Shown here in pieces: positions 15,751 to 24,733 of a stretch of 39,122 nucleotides of DNA (position 1 is its first letter; the number at the start of each line of letters is the position of its first letter). Origin of the DNA: Planctomycetota bacterium (GTDB lineage Bacteria; Planctomycetota; UBA1135; GCA-002686595); assembly GCA_041157565.1 (NCBI GenBank), contig JBEBCR010000100.1, positions 1 through 39,122 of the forward strand, read 5' to 3'. The translations under genes and the position numbers were made by a program. A model generated the notes under the pieces. It was not told the origin of the DNA. It ran no database searches and was given only the letters and a program-made list of their open reading frames with translations.

Positions 15751-16653
15751 ATGCTGCGCTCGATGACGGGCTTCGGCGCGGCCTCCGCCTCGGCGGAGGG
15801 CCTCGTCGTGCGCGTCGAGCTGCGCTCGGTCAACCATCGCCACCTGCAGCTCAAGGCGCGCCTGCCGCTCGACAAGGGCCACCTCGAACCCGAGGTCGAG
15901 GCGCTGCTGCGCCGGCACGTCGAGCGCGGTTCGCTCTCCGTCTCGGTGGAGATCGAGCGCGCGGGCGGCGCGCGGCGCGCGCGCGTCGACCTCGAGGCGG
16001 CGCGCGCCTGGCGCGAGGAATCGGCGCGCGTGGCGCGCGAGCTGGGCCTGGCGGGGGAACTGACCCTGGCCGAGCTGCTCGAGCTGCCGGGCGTGCAGGT
16101 GCCGCCGGAGGCCGACGAGGCGGGGCGCGAGGCCGAGGATCGGCTGGTGCTCGACACGCTCTCGCGCGCGGCCGAGGCGCTGGTGGCGATGCGCGCGAAG
16201 GAAGGCGTCGCCCTGCGCGCCGACCTCCTCTCGAACGCGCGCGGCATGGGCGAGCTGCGCGAGAAGATCGCCGCGCGCATGCCCGAGGCCGTGTCCGCGC
16301 TGCAGCGCTCGCTCGCCGAGCGCGTGGCGCAGCTGTTGTCGGGCGAGGTGGTGCCCAAGGGCTCGCGCGCGCCCGTGCCCGACGCCGACCTGGCGCGCGA
16401 GATCGCCGTGATCGCCGACAAGATGGACGTCTCCGAGGAGCTGGCGCGCCTGGCGAGCCACCTCGGGCAGCTGTCCCACCTGCTCGACGCCAAGGAGCCC
16501 GTCGGCCGCAAGCTCGACTTCCTCGTGCAGGAGTTCCTGCGCGAGGCCAACACCATCGGCAGCAAGTGCTCCGACGCGGCCGTGGCGCACATGGTCGTCG
16601 ACCTCAAGACGCTCATCGAGCGCCTGCGCGAGCAGGTGCAGAACGTGGAATGA
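15751..16653 (+). CDS. yicC: YicC-family stress-induced protein (putative endoribonuclease)
   Basis: ATG at 15751, 300 aa. Motifs: MLRSMTGFG, LRSVNHRHL, and C-terminal KLDFLVQEFLREANTIGSK. Confidence 0.85.
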   Translation: MLRSMTGFGAASASAEGLVVRVELRSVNHRHLQLKARLPLDKGHLEPEVEALLRRHVERGSLSVSVEIERAGGARRARVDLEAARAWREESARVARELGLAGELTLAELLELPGVQVPPEADEAGREAEDRLVLDTLSRAAEALVAMRAKEGVALRADLLSNARGMGELREKIAARMPEAVSALQRSLAERVAQLLSGEVVPKGSRAPVPDADLAREIAVIADKMDVSEELARLASHLGQLSHLLDAKEPVGRKLDFLVQEFLREANTIGSKCSDAAVAHMVVDLKTLIERLREQVQNVE

Positions 16654-17207
16654 CCCTCGGCAGGATGCTCGTCGTCTCTGGGCCGTCCGGATCGGGCAAG
16701 AGCACGATCTGCAAGCGCCTGTTGCTGGACCCGCGCGTGGTCTTCAGCGTCTCGGCCACGACGCGCAAGCCGCGTCCCGGCGAGGTCGACGGCTGCGACT
16801 ACCACTTCCTGTCGGCGGACGAGTTCCGCGCGCGCATCGCCAAGGGCGCGTTCATCGAGCACGCCGAGGTGTTCGGCAACCTGTACGGCACGCTGCGCGA
16901 GCCGATGGAGGCCGCCAAGGCGCGCGGGCAGGTCTACCTGCTCGAGATCGACGTGCAGGGCGCCAACCAGCTGCGCGCGCTGGGCGAGGAGGGCGTCTAC
17001 ATCTTCATCGCGCCGCCGGACTTCGAGGAGCTCAAGCGGCGCCTCGCCGGACGCGGCACGGAGAGTCCCGAGGTGCTGCAGCGGCGCCTGCACAAGGCCG
17101 AGGACGAGATGCGCGAGCGCCATCGCTACGACCACGTCGTCGTCAACGACGACCTCGAGCGCGCCGTGGCCGAAGTGCGACGCTTCGCCGGCCTCGACCC
17201 CGCCTGA
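16650..17207 (+). CDS. gmk: guanylate kinase
   Basis: ATG at 16650 overlaps the yicC stop (ATGA). Motifs: VVSGPSGSGKST, SATTRKPRPGE..G.DYHF, YGT. Confidence 0.9.
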   Translation: MTLGRMLVVSGPSGSGKSTICKRLLLDPRVVFSVSATTRKPRPGEVDGCDYHFLSADEFRARIAKGAFIEHAEVFGNLYGTLREPMEAAKARGQVYLLEIDVQGANQLRALGEEGVYIFIAPPDFEELKRRLAGRGTESPEVLQRRLHKAEDEMRERHRYDHVVVNDDLERAVAEVRRFAGLDPA

Positions 17208-17297
17208 TCTCCGAGTCGGCCCGCCTTGGGCGGCGGCTTTGGTCCGTGGAAGGTGCATTTTGCAGGAGTCTGCTAATTGAGGACTTAGGGCGCGCCT

Positions 17298-17819
17298 TTG
17301 GATCGCCAGCGAGTCGACCTCGATCGTCCGCAGGACATGGTTGGCGCCCGACCCTCCGCCCAAGCCCGCGCGCGCGTTGCGGTCCCCGCGTCGCGCGTCG
17401 CCGGGCGCGGCGCGGTGCGGGTCGCCCTCGTCGAGCCGTCCCGCGCGTCGACGCTCCTCGTCGACCACGTCGTCGCGCGCTCGCTCGACCAGCGCGCGCC
17501 GCGACGCGCCGTCGGCTTCGTCGCGCGCGTCCCCTCGGTCGCCGGCGCCTGCTGCGCTTCGCGACGCTCGGAGCGCGTCGTGCTCGCGGCGCGACAAGTT
17601 CGTCGCGCCGGCGCCTCCGTCGTTGCATGCGGCCAAGCGGAGTTGGATCATCGCCAAGGGCGGTTGCGCGCGCGCGACGGCGCGACGACGCCCTCTGGCG
17701 CGAGCTCGCGCCGTCGCGCGAAGGCCTCCACGAGGATCGCGACGCCGGGCGCCGACGCGCGCGGCGGGGAAGCCGGATCGTCGAGCAGCGCACAACACGA
17801 AGGGACCGCGAGGCACTAG
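17298..17819 (+). CDS. doubtful hypothetical CDS (basic, Ala/Arg/Val-rich); alternative ATG at 17337
   Basis: The only support is codon-position GC periodicity counted by hand over 60 codons (17400-17579): 50/38/57 G+C at positions 1/2/3. The ORF ends 5 nt before the ftsK ATG. No recognisable motif; TTG start. Confidence 0.25.
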   Translation: MDRQRVDLDRPQDMVGARPSAQARARVAVPASRVAGRGAVRVALVEPSRASTLLVDHVVARSLDQRAPRRAVGFVARVPSVAGACCASRRSERVVLAARQVRRAGASVVACGQAELDHRQGRLRARDGATTPSGASSRRRAKASTRIATPGADARGGEAGSSSSAQHEGTARH

Positions 17820-17824
17820 CGAGA

Positions 17825-20545
17825 ATGGGGCGGACGAAGAGCGCCAAGTCGAAGGCCGAGAAGGAGGCGACCAGCGAGTCGCCGCGTGGCGGAGCGCTGA
17901 AGAGCTTCTTGTTCGGAGGCGACCTCGAGGACGGAGCGCGCGCGCGCCTGCGCGAGATCGCCGGCATCGCGTCCCTGGGCTTCGCGTTGTTCCTGTTCGT
18001 TTCGCTCGTCAGCTATCGCCAACCCTACAACGATCCGCAGAGCGCGGGTTGGAACTGGTGCGGGCAGGTCGGCTGGTACGTCGCGCACATCGTCAAGGCC
18101 ACGATCGGCAACGCCGGCTTCCTGCTGACGTTCCTGTTCGGCTCCTGGGGCGTCGTCATGGTCGCGGGACGCGAGATGTCCTTCGCCGGACTGCGCGTCA
18201 TCGGTTCGGTGTGCTTCGTGCTGTCGCTGTCCTTCCTGCTGCAGCACGCCATGGGCCCGACCGAGGCGCAGGTGCGCGCCTACGGCAATCCGCACCAGCC
18301 GTGGGGGCCGGGTGGCTGGCTGGCGCTCCAGACCACGCCGCTCCTGGAGGAGAAGTTCGGCGCCTTCGGCTTGACGCTGGTCCTCGGCCTCGTGCTGCTC
18401 GTCAGCGCGCTCCTGGCGACCGAGATGGGCTTCGCCGGCGCGCTGAAGTCGTTCGGGGATTGGGCCGAGCGTCGCCGCGAGGAGCGCGGCGAAGGCCTCT
18501 TGTCGGCCATCGCCGGCCATGCGCGCGGCACGCTCGCCGGCGTGTGGGGCTTCCTCTCCGGCAAGGGGGCTCCCGCGCCCGTCGTCGAGGGACCGCGCCT
18601 CGCCAACGCCCGCGTGCCCGCCGGCGACGCGCTGTCGGAGACCAAGGGCCTCTTCGAGGACGAGGAGCGCGCCGTCACCATCGACGAGGACGAGGACGAA
18701 GACGAGGACGAAGCCCGACCCGCCAAGCGCCGCGGCCGCAAGGAGGAGCTCGACCCCGAGGCGATCGACACCGAATGGGAGGGCGAGGCCGCCACGATCG
18801 ACGAGGACGAGGAGCAGGAGTACGACGACGAGGGCGAGCCGATCGCCGCCGAGGACGAGGACGAAGACTCCGACGACGAGGACGCGCTGGACGACGAGGA
18901 CTCCGACGTCGACGCGCAGGCCGACGACGAGGAGCTCGTGCCCGCCGCTCCGCCGGCGCGCAAGCCGCTGGTGGCCGCGCGCAAGGAGGCGCCGCGCTGG
19001 GATCCGCCCGCGCCGCCGCCCGGCGAGTGGAAGCTGCCCGAGCCGTCGATGCTGATCCCGCCCACGCAGGGCGGGGCCGACAGCGGCAACATCGAGCAGC
19101 AGGCGCTGCGCCTCGAGGCGCTGCTGAAGAAGTTCGGCGTCGAGGGCCGCGTCGAGAGCACGCAGGTCGGCCCGGCCGTCACCCTGTTCGAGGTCAAGAT
19201 CGACGAGGGCACGCGACTCAACAAGGTGTCGCAGCTCTCCAACGAGATCGCGGCGGCGCTCAAGGCCACCAGCGTGCGCGTGCAGGCGCCGATCCCCGGC
19301 CGCGACACGGTGGGCATCGAGGTGCCCAACCAGAAGCGCCGCGTGGTGCGCATCAGCGAGCTCGTCACCAAGGACGCCTACGACCCGGCGAAGTACGCGC
19401 TGCCGCTGTTCATCGGCCAGGACACCGAGGGGCGCTCGGTCGTGCAGGATCTCGCGCGCATGCCGCACCTCCTGATCGCCGGCACGACCGGTTCGGGCAA
19501 GTCGGTGTGCATCAACACGATCCTCGCGAGCCTCCTGATGACGCGCTCGCCGCACGACGTGAAGCTCATCCTGGTCGACCCGAAGATGGTCGAGCTGCAG
19601 GTCTTCTCGAAGGTCCCGCACCTCATGTGCCCGGTCGTCAGCGAGGCGCCCAAGGCCACGGCGGTCCTCAACTGGGTCGTCGAGAAGATGGAGGGCCGCT
19701 ACGAGCTGATGAAGGACGCGGGCGTCAAGAACATCAAGGGCTACAACGCCCTGGGCGAGGACGGCCTGAAGAAGGCGCTCGGCGACGCCTTCGACGAGGA
19801 GCGCACGCCGCGCCACCTGCCCTACATCGTGGTGGTCGTCGACGAGATGGCCGACCTGATGGCCGTGTCGAAGAAGGAGGCCGAGCAGGCGATCACGCGC
19901 CTCGCGCAGAAGTCGCGCGCCGCCGGCATCCACGTCATCGTCGCCACGCAGCGCCCTTCGACCGACGTCATCACCGGCGTGATCAAGGGCAACCTGCCCA
20001 CGCGCATCGCGTTCCAGGTGGCCAGCAAGGTCGACAGCCGCGTGATCCTCGACGATTCGGGCGCCGACAAGCTGCTCGGCCACGGCGACATGCTGTTCCT
20101 GCCTCCGGGCGGCGCGAAGCTGCAGCGCGTCCAAGGCGCGCTGGTCGAGGACTCGGAGATCGAGAAGATCGTCGAGTTCGTCGGCAGCGTGTCCGCGCCG
20201 AGCTTCAGCCAGGAGCTGGTGCAGGTCGCCAGCGGACAGCGTCCCGCGGGCCTCGTCGACGACGCCGCCGACGAGGATCCGATGTTCGACCAGGCCGTGC
20301 GCGTGATCCTCAAGCACAAGCGCGGATCGGCGAGCCTCCTGCAGCGCGCGCTGGGCGTGGGCTACACGCGCGCGTCGCGGCTCGTGGACATGATGACCGA
20401 GCGCGGGATCCTCGGGCCGCACCGCGGTTCGAAGGAGCGCGAGATCATGTACACGCTGGAGGAGTGGGAGAAGATGTACGGCGCGACGCCGGGCATGGAG
20501 AGCGAAGCGGGCGCGAGCCACGGAGCGGAGCAGGATGAGAACTGA
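17825..20545 (+). CDS. ftsK: DNA translocase FtsK/SpoIIIE
   Basis: ATG at 17825, 906 aa. N-terminal TM segments, then an acidic linker (DEDEDEDEDE..). Motor domain with Walker A AGTTGSGKSV and Walker B VVVVDEMADLM. C-terminal gamma wHTH (SASLLQRALGVGYTRASRLVDMMTERGILGP). Confidence 0.9.
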   Translation: MGRTKSAKSKAEKEATSESPRGGALKSFLFGGDLEDGARARLREIAGIASLGFALFLFVSLVSYRQPYNDPQSAGWNWCGQVGWYVAHIVKATIGNAGFLLTFLFGSWGVVMVAGREMSFAGLRVIGSVCFVLSLSFLLQHAMGPTEAQVRAYGNPHQPWGPGGWLALQTTPLLEEKFGAFGLTLVLGLVLLVSALLATEMGFAGALKSFGDWAERRREERGEGLLSAIAGHARGTLAGVWGFLSGKGAPAPVVEGPRLANARVPAGDALSETKGLFEDEERAVTIDEDEDEDEDEARPAKRRGRKEELDPEAIDTEWEGEAATIDEDEEQEYDDEGEPIAAEDEDEDSDDEDALDDEDSDVDAQADDEELVPAAPPARKPLVAARKEAPRWDPPAPPPGEWKLPEPSMLIPPTQGGADSGNIEQQALRLEALLKKFGVEGRVESTQVGPAVTLFEVKIDEGTRLNKVSQLSNEIAAALKATSVRVQAPIPGRDTVGIEVPNQKRRVVRISELVTKDAYDPAKYALPLFIGQDTEGRSVVQDLARMPHLLIAGTTGSGKSVCINTILASLLMTRSPHDVKLILVDPKMVELQVFSKVPHLMCPVVSEAPKATAVLNWVVEKMEGRYELMKDAGVKNIKGYNALGEDGLKKALGDAFDEERTPRHLPYIVVVVDEMADLMAVSKKEAEQAITRLAQKSRAAGIHVIVATQRPSTDVITGVIKGNLPTRIAFQVASKVDSRVILDDSGADKLLGHGDMLFLPPGGAKLQRVQGALVEDSEIEKIVEFVGSVSAPSFSQELVQVASGQRPAGLVDDAADEDPMFDQAVRVILKHKRGSASLLQRALGVGYTRASRLVDMMTERGILGPHRGSKEREIMYTLEEWEKMYGATPGMESEAGASHGAEQDEN

Positions 20546-22637
20546 GAAGTCGCTGGGACCCGTCGACTGGCTCGCGCTGGTCGTGTTCGTGGCCGGATCC
20601 TTCGGCCTGGTGCTGATGGGCCTGTCGGCCATCTCGGGCGACGAGCTGGCGGCGCCGCATGGCACCGCGCGCGTCGCCATCGAGTGGATCGCGGCCATCG
20701 GCCTCGCGCCGAGCCTGTTGTTCAACGCGGCGGTCGCCTACCTCGGGGCGCGCACCTTCCTGCGCAGCCATGCGCGCGGGCTGCTGCGCGACTTCCTCGG
20801 CTCGACCGCGGTGGCGCTCGGCGCGAGCGTGGCCTGCGGCGTGTTCGCCGCGGGTGGCGCGCTGGGCGAGGCCACGGGCGGCGCGCTGGCGGCGAGCTCG
20901 AACAAGGCGCTGGCGGCCATCGCCGGCGCGTTCGCCATCGTCGTCCCGGCGTGGATCGCCTGGCTGCGCGCCGCGGCGATCAAGCCCGCGCCGCTGGTCA
21001 AGGCCGACGCCACCGGCGTGGGGGGGGCTGAGACCGCGGCCCTCGCCGGCGACGACGAGGTGCTCGCCACCGCGCAGCCGACTCCCCTCGCGGCGCCGAC
21101 GCGCGTCGCGCGCGAGCCCTTGGCGCATCCCTATCCGGACGACGCGCGCCTGCGCGGCGAGATCCCGCCCGGCACCAAGCCGCTGATCGTCTCCGCCTCG
21201 ATGCCCGTCGAGGCCGTGGAGACCCAGGGACTCGCCGGCGACTTCGACGCTTCGTTCGACGACGAACCCGTGGTGGTGCGGCCGCTCGAGCCGCGGGACT
21301 CCGCCGCCGCGACCATGGTCGAGGCCGACGAGGCGCTCGACCAATCCGCGGCCGAACTGTCCAGCGCGCTCGAGGCGCTCGAGTCCGGCGCGGCCGGGTC
21401 CGGCGCCGACGAGGCCGAGGCTCCTTCGCCCGTCGTGCCGAGCTGGGAGCGCACGGGCCTGACGAGCGAGGACGAGCCGGTCGACGCCTACGGCACGCCG
21501 CTCTCCTTGGTGGAGAAGGTGCGCGCGGAAGTCGCCGCGCGGTCGGAGGCGACCGCGCCGCGCGCCGACGGCCAAGCCGAACTGGACGCGCTCGAGGCCG
21601 AGCTGCTCGCCCTCGAGCAGGCGCAGGCCACGGAGGAGCAGCGCGCCAGCGCGCTGTTGTCGGCCTCCGCGGAGGACGGCGACGAGGACGGCGACGAGAT
21701 CGGAGCCGAGGCGGAAACCGTCGAGCTGGCCGTGGCGCGGCAAGTGGTCGCCGCGGAAGCCGTGGCCGAGGAGGCCAACTTGGAGTCCGACGATGGCTCC
21801 GAGGACGAACTCGAGGTCGTCCACGACGAGGATCAGCCCGTCGAAGACGAGGATCAGGTCGGCGAAGAGGAGCCTGAGGTCGAGGAGCACGAGCTGGACG
21901 AGGTCGTGGCCGTCGACGAGGACGCCCAACTCGACGACGAGGACGTCCTCGAGGAAGCTCTCGCGGAGGAAGTCGTCGCCGAAGAGGTGGAGTCCGACGA
22001 GCTCGACGCGGAGCAACTCGAGGTCCTCGCGGAAGCCCAGGTCGAAGTCGAGGTCCAGTCGCCGATCGAGCCGGTCGAGCCCGCGCTCGACGCGCCGGTG
22101 CGCGTGGCCGCGGAGATCGGCTTCGACGAGCGGTCCGCGCAGGCGAACCTGGACGAGGAACCGGTCGAGGAGGCGCCCGCCGCATCGTCGCCCTCCTCCG
22201 AGGTCGAGGACGCGAGCGCGCCCAAGCGCTCGTCGCGCAAGAAGTCCAAGGCTCCGGCCGAAGCCGCGGCCCCGAGCCTGTTCGATGGCGGACTGTTCGC
22301 CTCCGAGGAGGTCGTCGCCGAGGTCGCCGCCAGCGCCTCCGCCGAGCCGCAGGTCGAGCTGCAGCCGCAGGCCGGCGCCCCGGGAGCCAGCATCAAGCAG
22401 CTCGCCCTCGACCCGAGCCGCAAGGACCTGCTGGACGAGGTCGGCTGCCTGTTCGTCGAGCGCGGCCGAGTGGCCGTCTCGATGCTCCAGAAGCAGTACG
22501 GCATGGACTTCGACGAGGCCTGCGTGGTCCTCGACGACCTGCAGGAACTGGGCCTGATCGGTCCGTACCTCGGGGGGCAGCGCCGTGATATCCTCCTGAC
22601 CCGCGACCAGTGGAAGGAGCGGCTGGCGAAGGCCTGA
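20535..22637 (+). CDS. membrane protein with polyacidic linker and FtsK-gamma-like C-terminal winged helix (no ATPase motor)
   Basis: ATG at 20535 overlaps the ftsK 3' end by 11 nt. About 4 hydrophobic segments occupy the first ~150 aa. A D/E-rich region of about 400 aa follows. C-terminus: VAVSMLQKQYGMDFDEACVVLDDLQELGLIGPYLGGQRRDILL. Confidence 0.7.
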   Translation: MRTEKSLGPVDWLALVVFVAGSFGLVLMGLSAISGDELAAPHGTARVAIEWIAAIGLAPSLLFNAAVAYLGARTFLRSHARGLLRDFLGSTAVALGASVACGVFAAGGALGEATGGALAASSNKALAAIAGAFAIVVPAWIAWLRAAAIKPAPLVKADATGVGGAETAALAGDDEVLATAQPTPLAAPTRVAREPLAHPYPDDARLRGEIPPGTKPLIVSASMPVEAVETQGLAGDFDASFDDEPVVVRPLEPRDSAAATMVEADEALDQSAAELSSALEALESGAAGSGADEAEAPSPVVPSWERTGLTSEDEPVDAYGTPLSLVEKVRAEVAARSEATAPRADGQAELDALEAELLALEQAQATEEQRASALLSASAEDGDEDGDEIGAEAETVELAVARQVVAAEAVAEEANLESDDGSEDELEVVHDEDQPVEDEDQVGEEEPEVEEHELDEVVAVDEDAQLDDEDVLEEALAEEVVAEEVESDELDAEQLEVLAEAQVEVEVQSPIEPVEPALDAPVRVAAEIGFDERSAQANLDEEPVEEAPAASSPSSEVEDASAPKRSSRKKSKAPAEAAAPSLFDGGLFASEEVVAEVAASASAEPQVELQPQAGAPGASIKQLALDPSRKDLLDEVGCLFVERGRVAVSMLQKQYGMDFDEACVVLDDLQELGLIGPYLGGQRRDILLTRDQWKERLAKA

Positions 22638-22653
22638 GCACGACGCACGGTCG

Positions 22654-22697
22654 CGACGATCCGCGCTAGGCTCGCAGCCCGAGTCGGCGCGGATCGT
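22654..22697 (+). terminator. hairpin after the ftsK-like gene
   Basis: GACGATCCGCGC (22654-22665) pairs with GCGCGGATCGTC (22686-22697). 20-nt loop, followed by GTTTCGG. Confidence 0.4.
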
Positions 22698-22735
22698 CGT
22701 TTCGGTCCCCTGCTCCGACCGCGAACAAGAGCACG

Positions 22736-24082
22736 ATGGCCAAGACCGACCCCGCGACCGTTTCCGTCGTGCACCTCGGCTGTGCCCGCAACCTCGTCGA
22801 CTCCGAGGTGATCCTCGGCCGCATGGCGGAGGAGGGGCTCGTCATCAGCGGCGACCCCGACCACGCCTCGACCGTGGTGCTGAACACCTGCTCGTTCATC
22901 GGGCCGGCGCGCGAGGAGTCCGAGAACGCGATCCGCGACCTGCTGCGCCGCAAGAAGAAGGGCCAGCTCGACCACGTCGTCGTCGCCGGCTGCCTCGTCC
23001 AGAAGGTGCGCCGCGAACTGGCGGAGCGCTTCCCGGAGGTCGACCTGTTCGCCGAGATCAGCGACTACAAGGCGCTGGCGAAGAGCGTGGCGACGTTGTC
23101 CAAGGGCGGCAGCGTGCCGCGCTACCTCGAGGGGTTGCGCGAGCCCGAGCGCGAAGGCGCGCGCCTGATCTCGACGCCCAGGAGCTACGCCTACCTGCGC
23201 ATCAGCCACGGCTGCGACCACCAGTGCAGCTTCTGCGCCATCCCCTCGATCCGCGGCAAGCACCGCTCGAAGAAGCTCGACGACGTGTTGTCCGAGGCGC
23301 GCGAACTCGTGCAGCACGGCTCGAAGGAGCTGGTCCTCGTGGCCGAGGACTCGACCGCGTGGGGGCGGGACATGGGGCTGGAGCTCCCCGACCTCGTGGC
23401 GGCGCTGTCCGACGTGCCGCGCCTGGCGCGCATCCGGGTCATGTACGCGTACCCGAACCGCTTCCCGTGGGAATTGACGCGGCTCATGCGCGAGCGCGAC
23501 AACGTCGCGCGCTACCTCGACATCCCCGTGCAGCACGCCTCGACCGCCATGCTGCGCGCCATGCGGCGCCACGGCAGCGGCGAGCAGATGCGCGGCATCC
23601 TCGACCGGCTGCGCGAGGAAGTGCCCGGCATCGTGCTGCGCACGACGGTGCTCGTCGGCTTCCCCGGCGAGACCGAGTCCGACGTGGACGAGCTCGTGTC
23701 CTTGGTCGAGACCTACGGGTTCGGTCGGCTCGGCGCGTTCACCTACTCGCCCGAGCAGGGCACGCACGGCTACGACCTTCCGGGTCGCGTGCCGGCCGAC
23801 GTGGCCCAGCGGCGGCTCGAGCGCGTGCTCGCCGCGCGCGACCGCGTGCTGCGCGCCTCGCAAGGCGCCTTCGTCGGCCAGCGCGTGCGGATCCTCGTCG
23901 ACGAGTGGCACGCCGAAGCGCAGACCGTCGTCGGCCGCCCCGAGTGGGACGCGCCGGAGTCGGACCTGATCGTCGTCGCCTCCGGGGTCAAGAAGGCCAA
24001 GGTGGGCGACTTCCTCGAGGTGGAGGTCGCCAAGGTCGACCCGGAGCACAACCTCCTCGCCGTCCCGGCGAAGAAGCTCTGA
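22736..24082 (+). CDS. rimO: ribosomal protein S12 methylthiotransferase RimO (radical SAM)
   Basis: 448 aa. Motifs: HLGCARN, NTCSFI, and the radical-SAM motif RISHGCDHQCSFCAIPSIRG. Also FPGETE and a C-terminal TRAM-like region. Confidence 0.9.
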   Translation: MAKTDPATVSVVHLGCARNLVDSEVILGRMAEEGLVISGDPDHASTVVLNTCSFIGPAREESENAIRDLLRRKKKGQLDHVVVAGCLVQKVRRELAERFPEVDLFAEISDYKALAKSVATLSKGGSVPRYLEGLREPEREGARLISTPRSYAYLRISHGCDHQCSFCAIPSIRGKHRSKKLDDVLSEARELVQHGSKELVLVAEDSTAWGRDMGLELPDLVAALSDVPRLARIRVMYAYPNRFPWELTRLMRERDNVARYLDIPVQHASTAMLRAMRRHGSGEQMRGILDRLREEVPGIVLRTTVLVGFPGETESDVDELVSLVETYGFGRLGAFTYSPEQGTHGYDLPGRVPADVAQRRLERVLAARDRVLRASQGAFVGQRVRILVDEWHAEAQTVVGRPEWDAPESDLIVVASGVKKAKVGDFLEVEVAKVDPEHNLLAVPAKKL

Positions 24083-24733
24083 ATGGGCGTCTTCCGCCAC
24101 TGGCCCAACCGCATCACCGCCATCCGCTTCGGGATGTCGGCCCTGCTGTTCTGGATCCTGGCGGTCGAGGAACCCGGCGGCGCGCTGGGCTTCGAGCTCG
24201 GCGCCGGTTGGCGCGCGGCGGCCTTCTGGTTGTTCCTCGTCACCGCGGTCACCGACGTGCTCGACGGTTGGCTCGCGCGCCGCGGCAACTGCGTCACGGC
24301 CTTCGGACGCATCGCCGATCCCTTCGTCGACAAGGTGCTGGTCATCGGCACGATGGTGCTGCTGCTCGACGCGCCGGCGCTCGACAACGCCTCGCAGGTG
24401 CGCATCGGCGCCGGTCGGGACTACTTCGCCGCCTGGATGGTGGTCGTCGTCGCCGCGCGCGAGTTCCTCATCACGGCCATCCGCGGCTACGTCGAGTCGC
24501 TGGGCGCGCAGCTCGCCGCCGACTGGATGGGCAAGGTCAAGATGGCGGCGCAGTGCGTGGCCCTGTCGGTGGTGCTGGGCCTGCGCGCCTTCGACTTCGG
24601 ACCCGCCGCGGCGGCCTTCTGGCACCAGGTGGCCGTGGCCTTCGTGTGGCTGACGCTCTTCGCCACCATCGGCTCCTGCCTCAACTACCTCGTGAAGACC
24701 CGTCGCTTCCTGCTGGAGCAATCGGCCGGATGA
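24083..24733 (+). CDS. pgsA: CDP-diacylglycerol--glycerol-3-phosphate 3-phosphatidyltransferase
   Basis: ATG immediately follows the rimO stop. CDP-alcohol phosphatidyltransferase motif DVLDGWLARRGNCVTAFGRIADPFVDK. Confidence 0.85.
   Translation: MGVFRHWPNRITAIRFGMSALLFWILAVEEPGGALGFELGAGWRAAAFWLFLVTAVTDVLDGWLARRGNCVTAFGRIADPFVDKVLVIGTMVLLLDAPALDNASQVRIGAGRDYFAAWMVVVVAAREFLITAIRGYVESLGAQLAADWMGKVKMAAQCVALSVVLGLRAFDFGPAAAAFWHQVAVAFVWLTLFATIGSCLNYLVKTRRFLLEQSAG

Noticed and set aside
15702-17816. Minus-strand ORF whose translation within the gmk-ftsK gap looks protein-like (DEADGASRRALVERARDDVVDEERRRAG).
   Set aside because: The frame has no stop until 15702, so a gene here would have to run antisense through all of gmk and yicC. 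In the codons I counted, its position-3 G+C (50/60) is lower than its position-1 G+C (57/60), the reverse of real genes in this window.
17246-17824. In-frame N-terminal extension of ftsK back to GTG 17246.
   Set aside because: The extension translates to Arg-rich filler (RRRARRGAGRPRRAVPRVDAPRRPRRR). The GC periodicity in 17400-17579 favours a different frame. ATG 17825 gives a normal short basic cytoplasmic N-terminus before the first TM helix.
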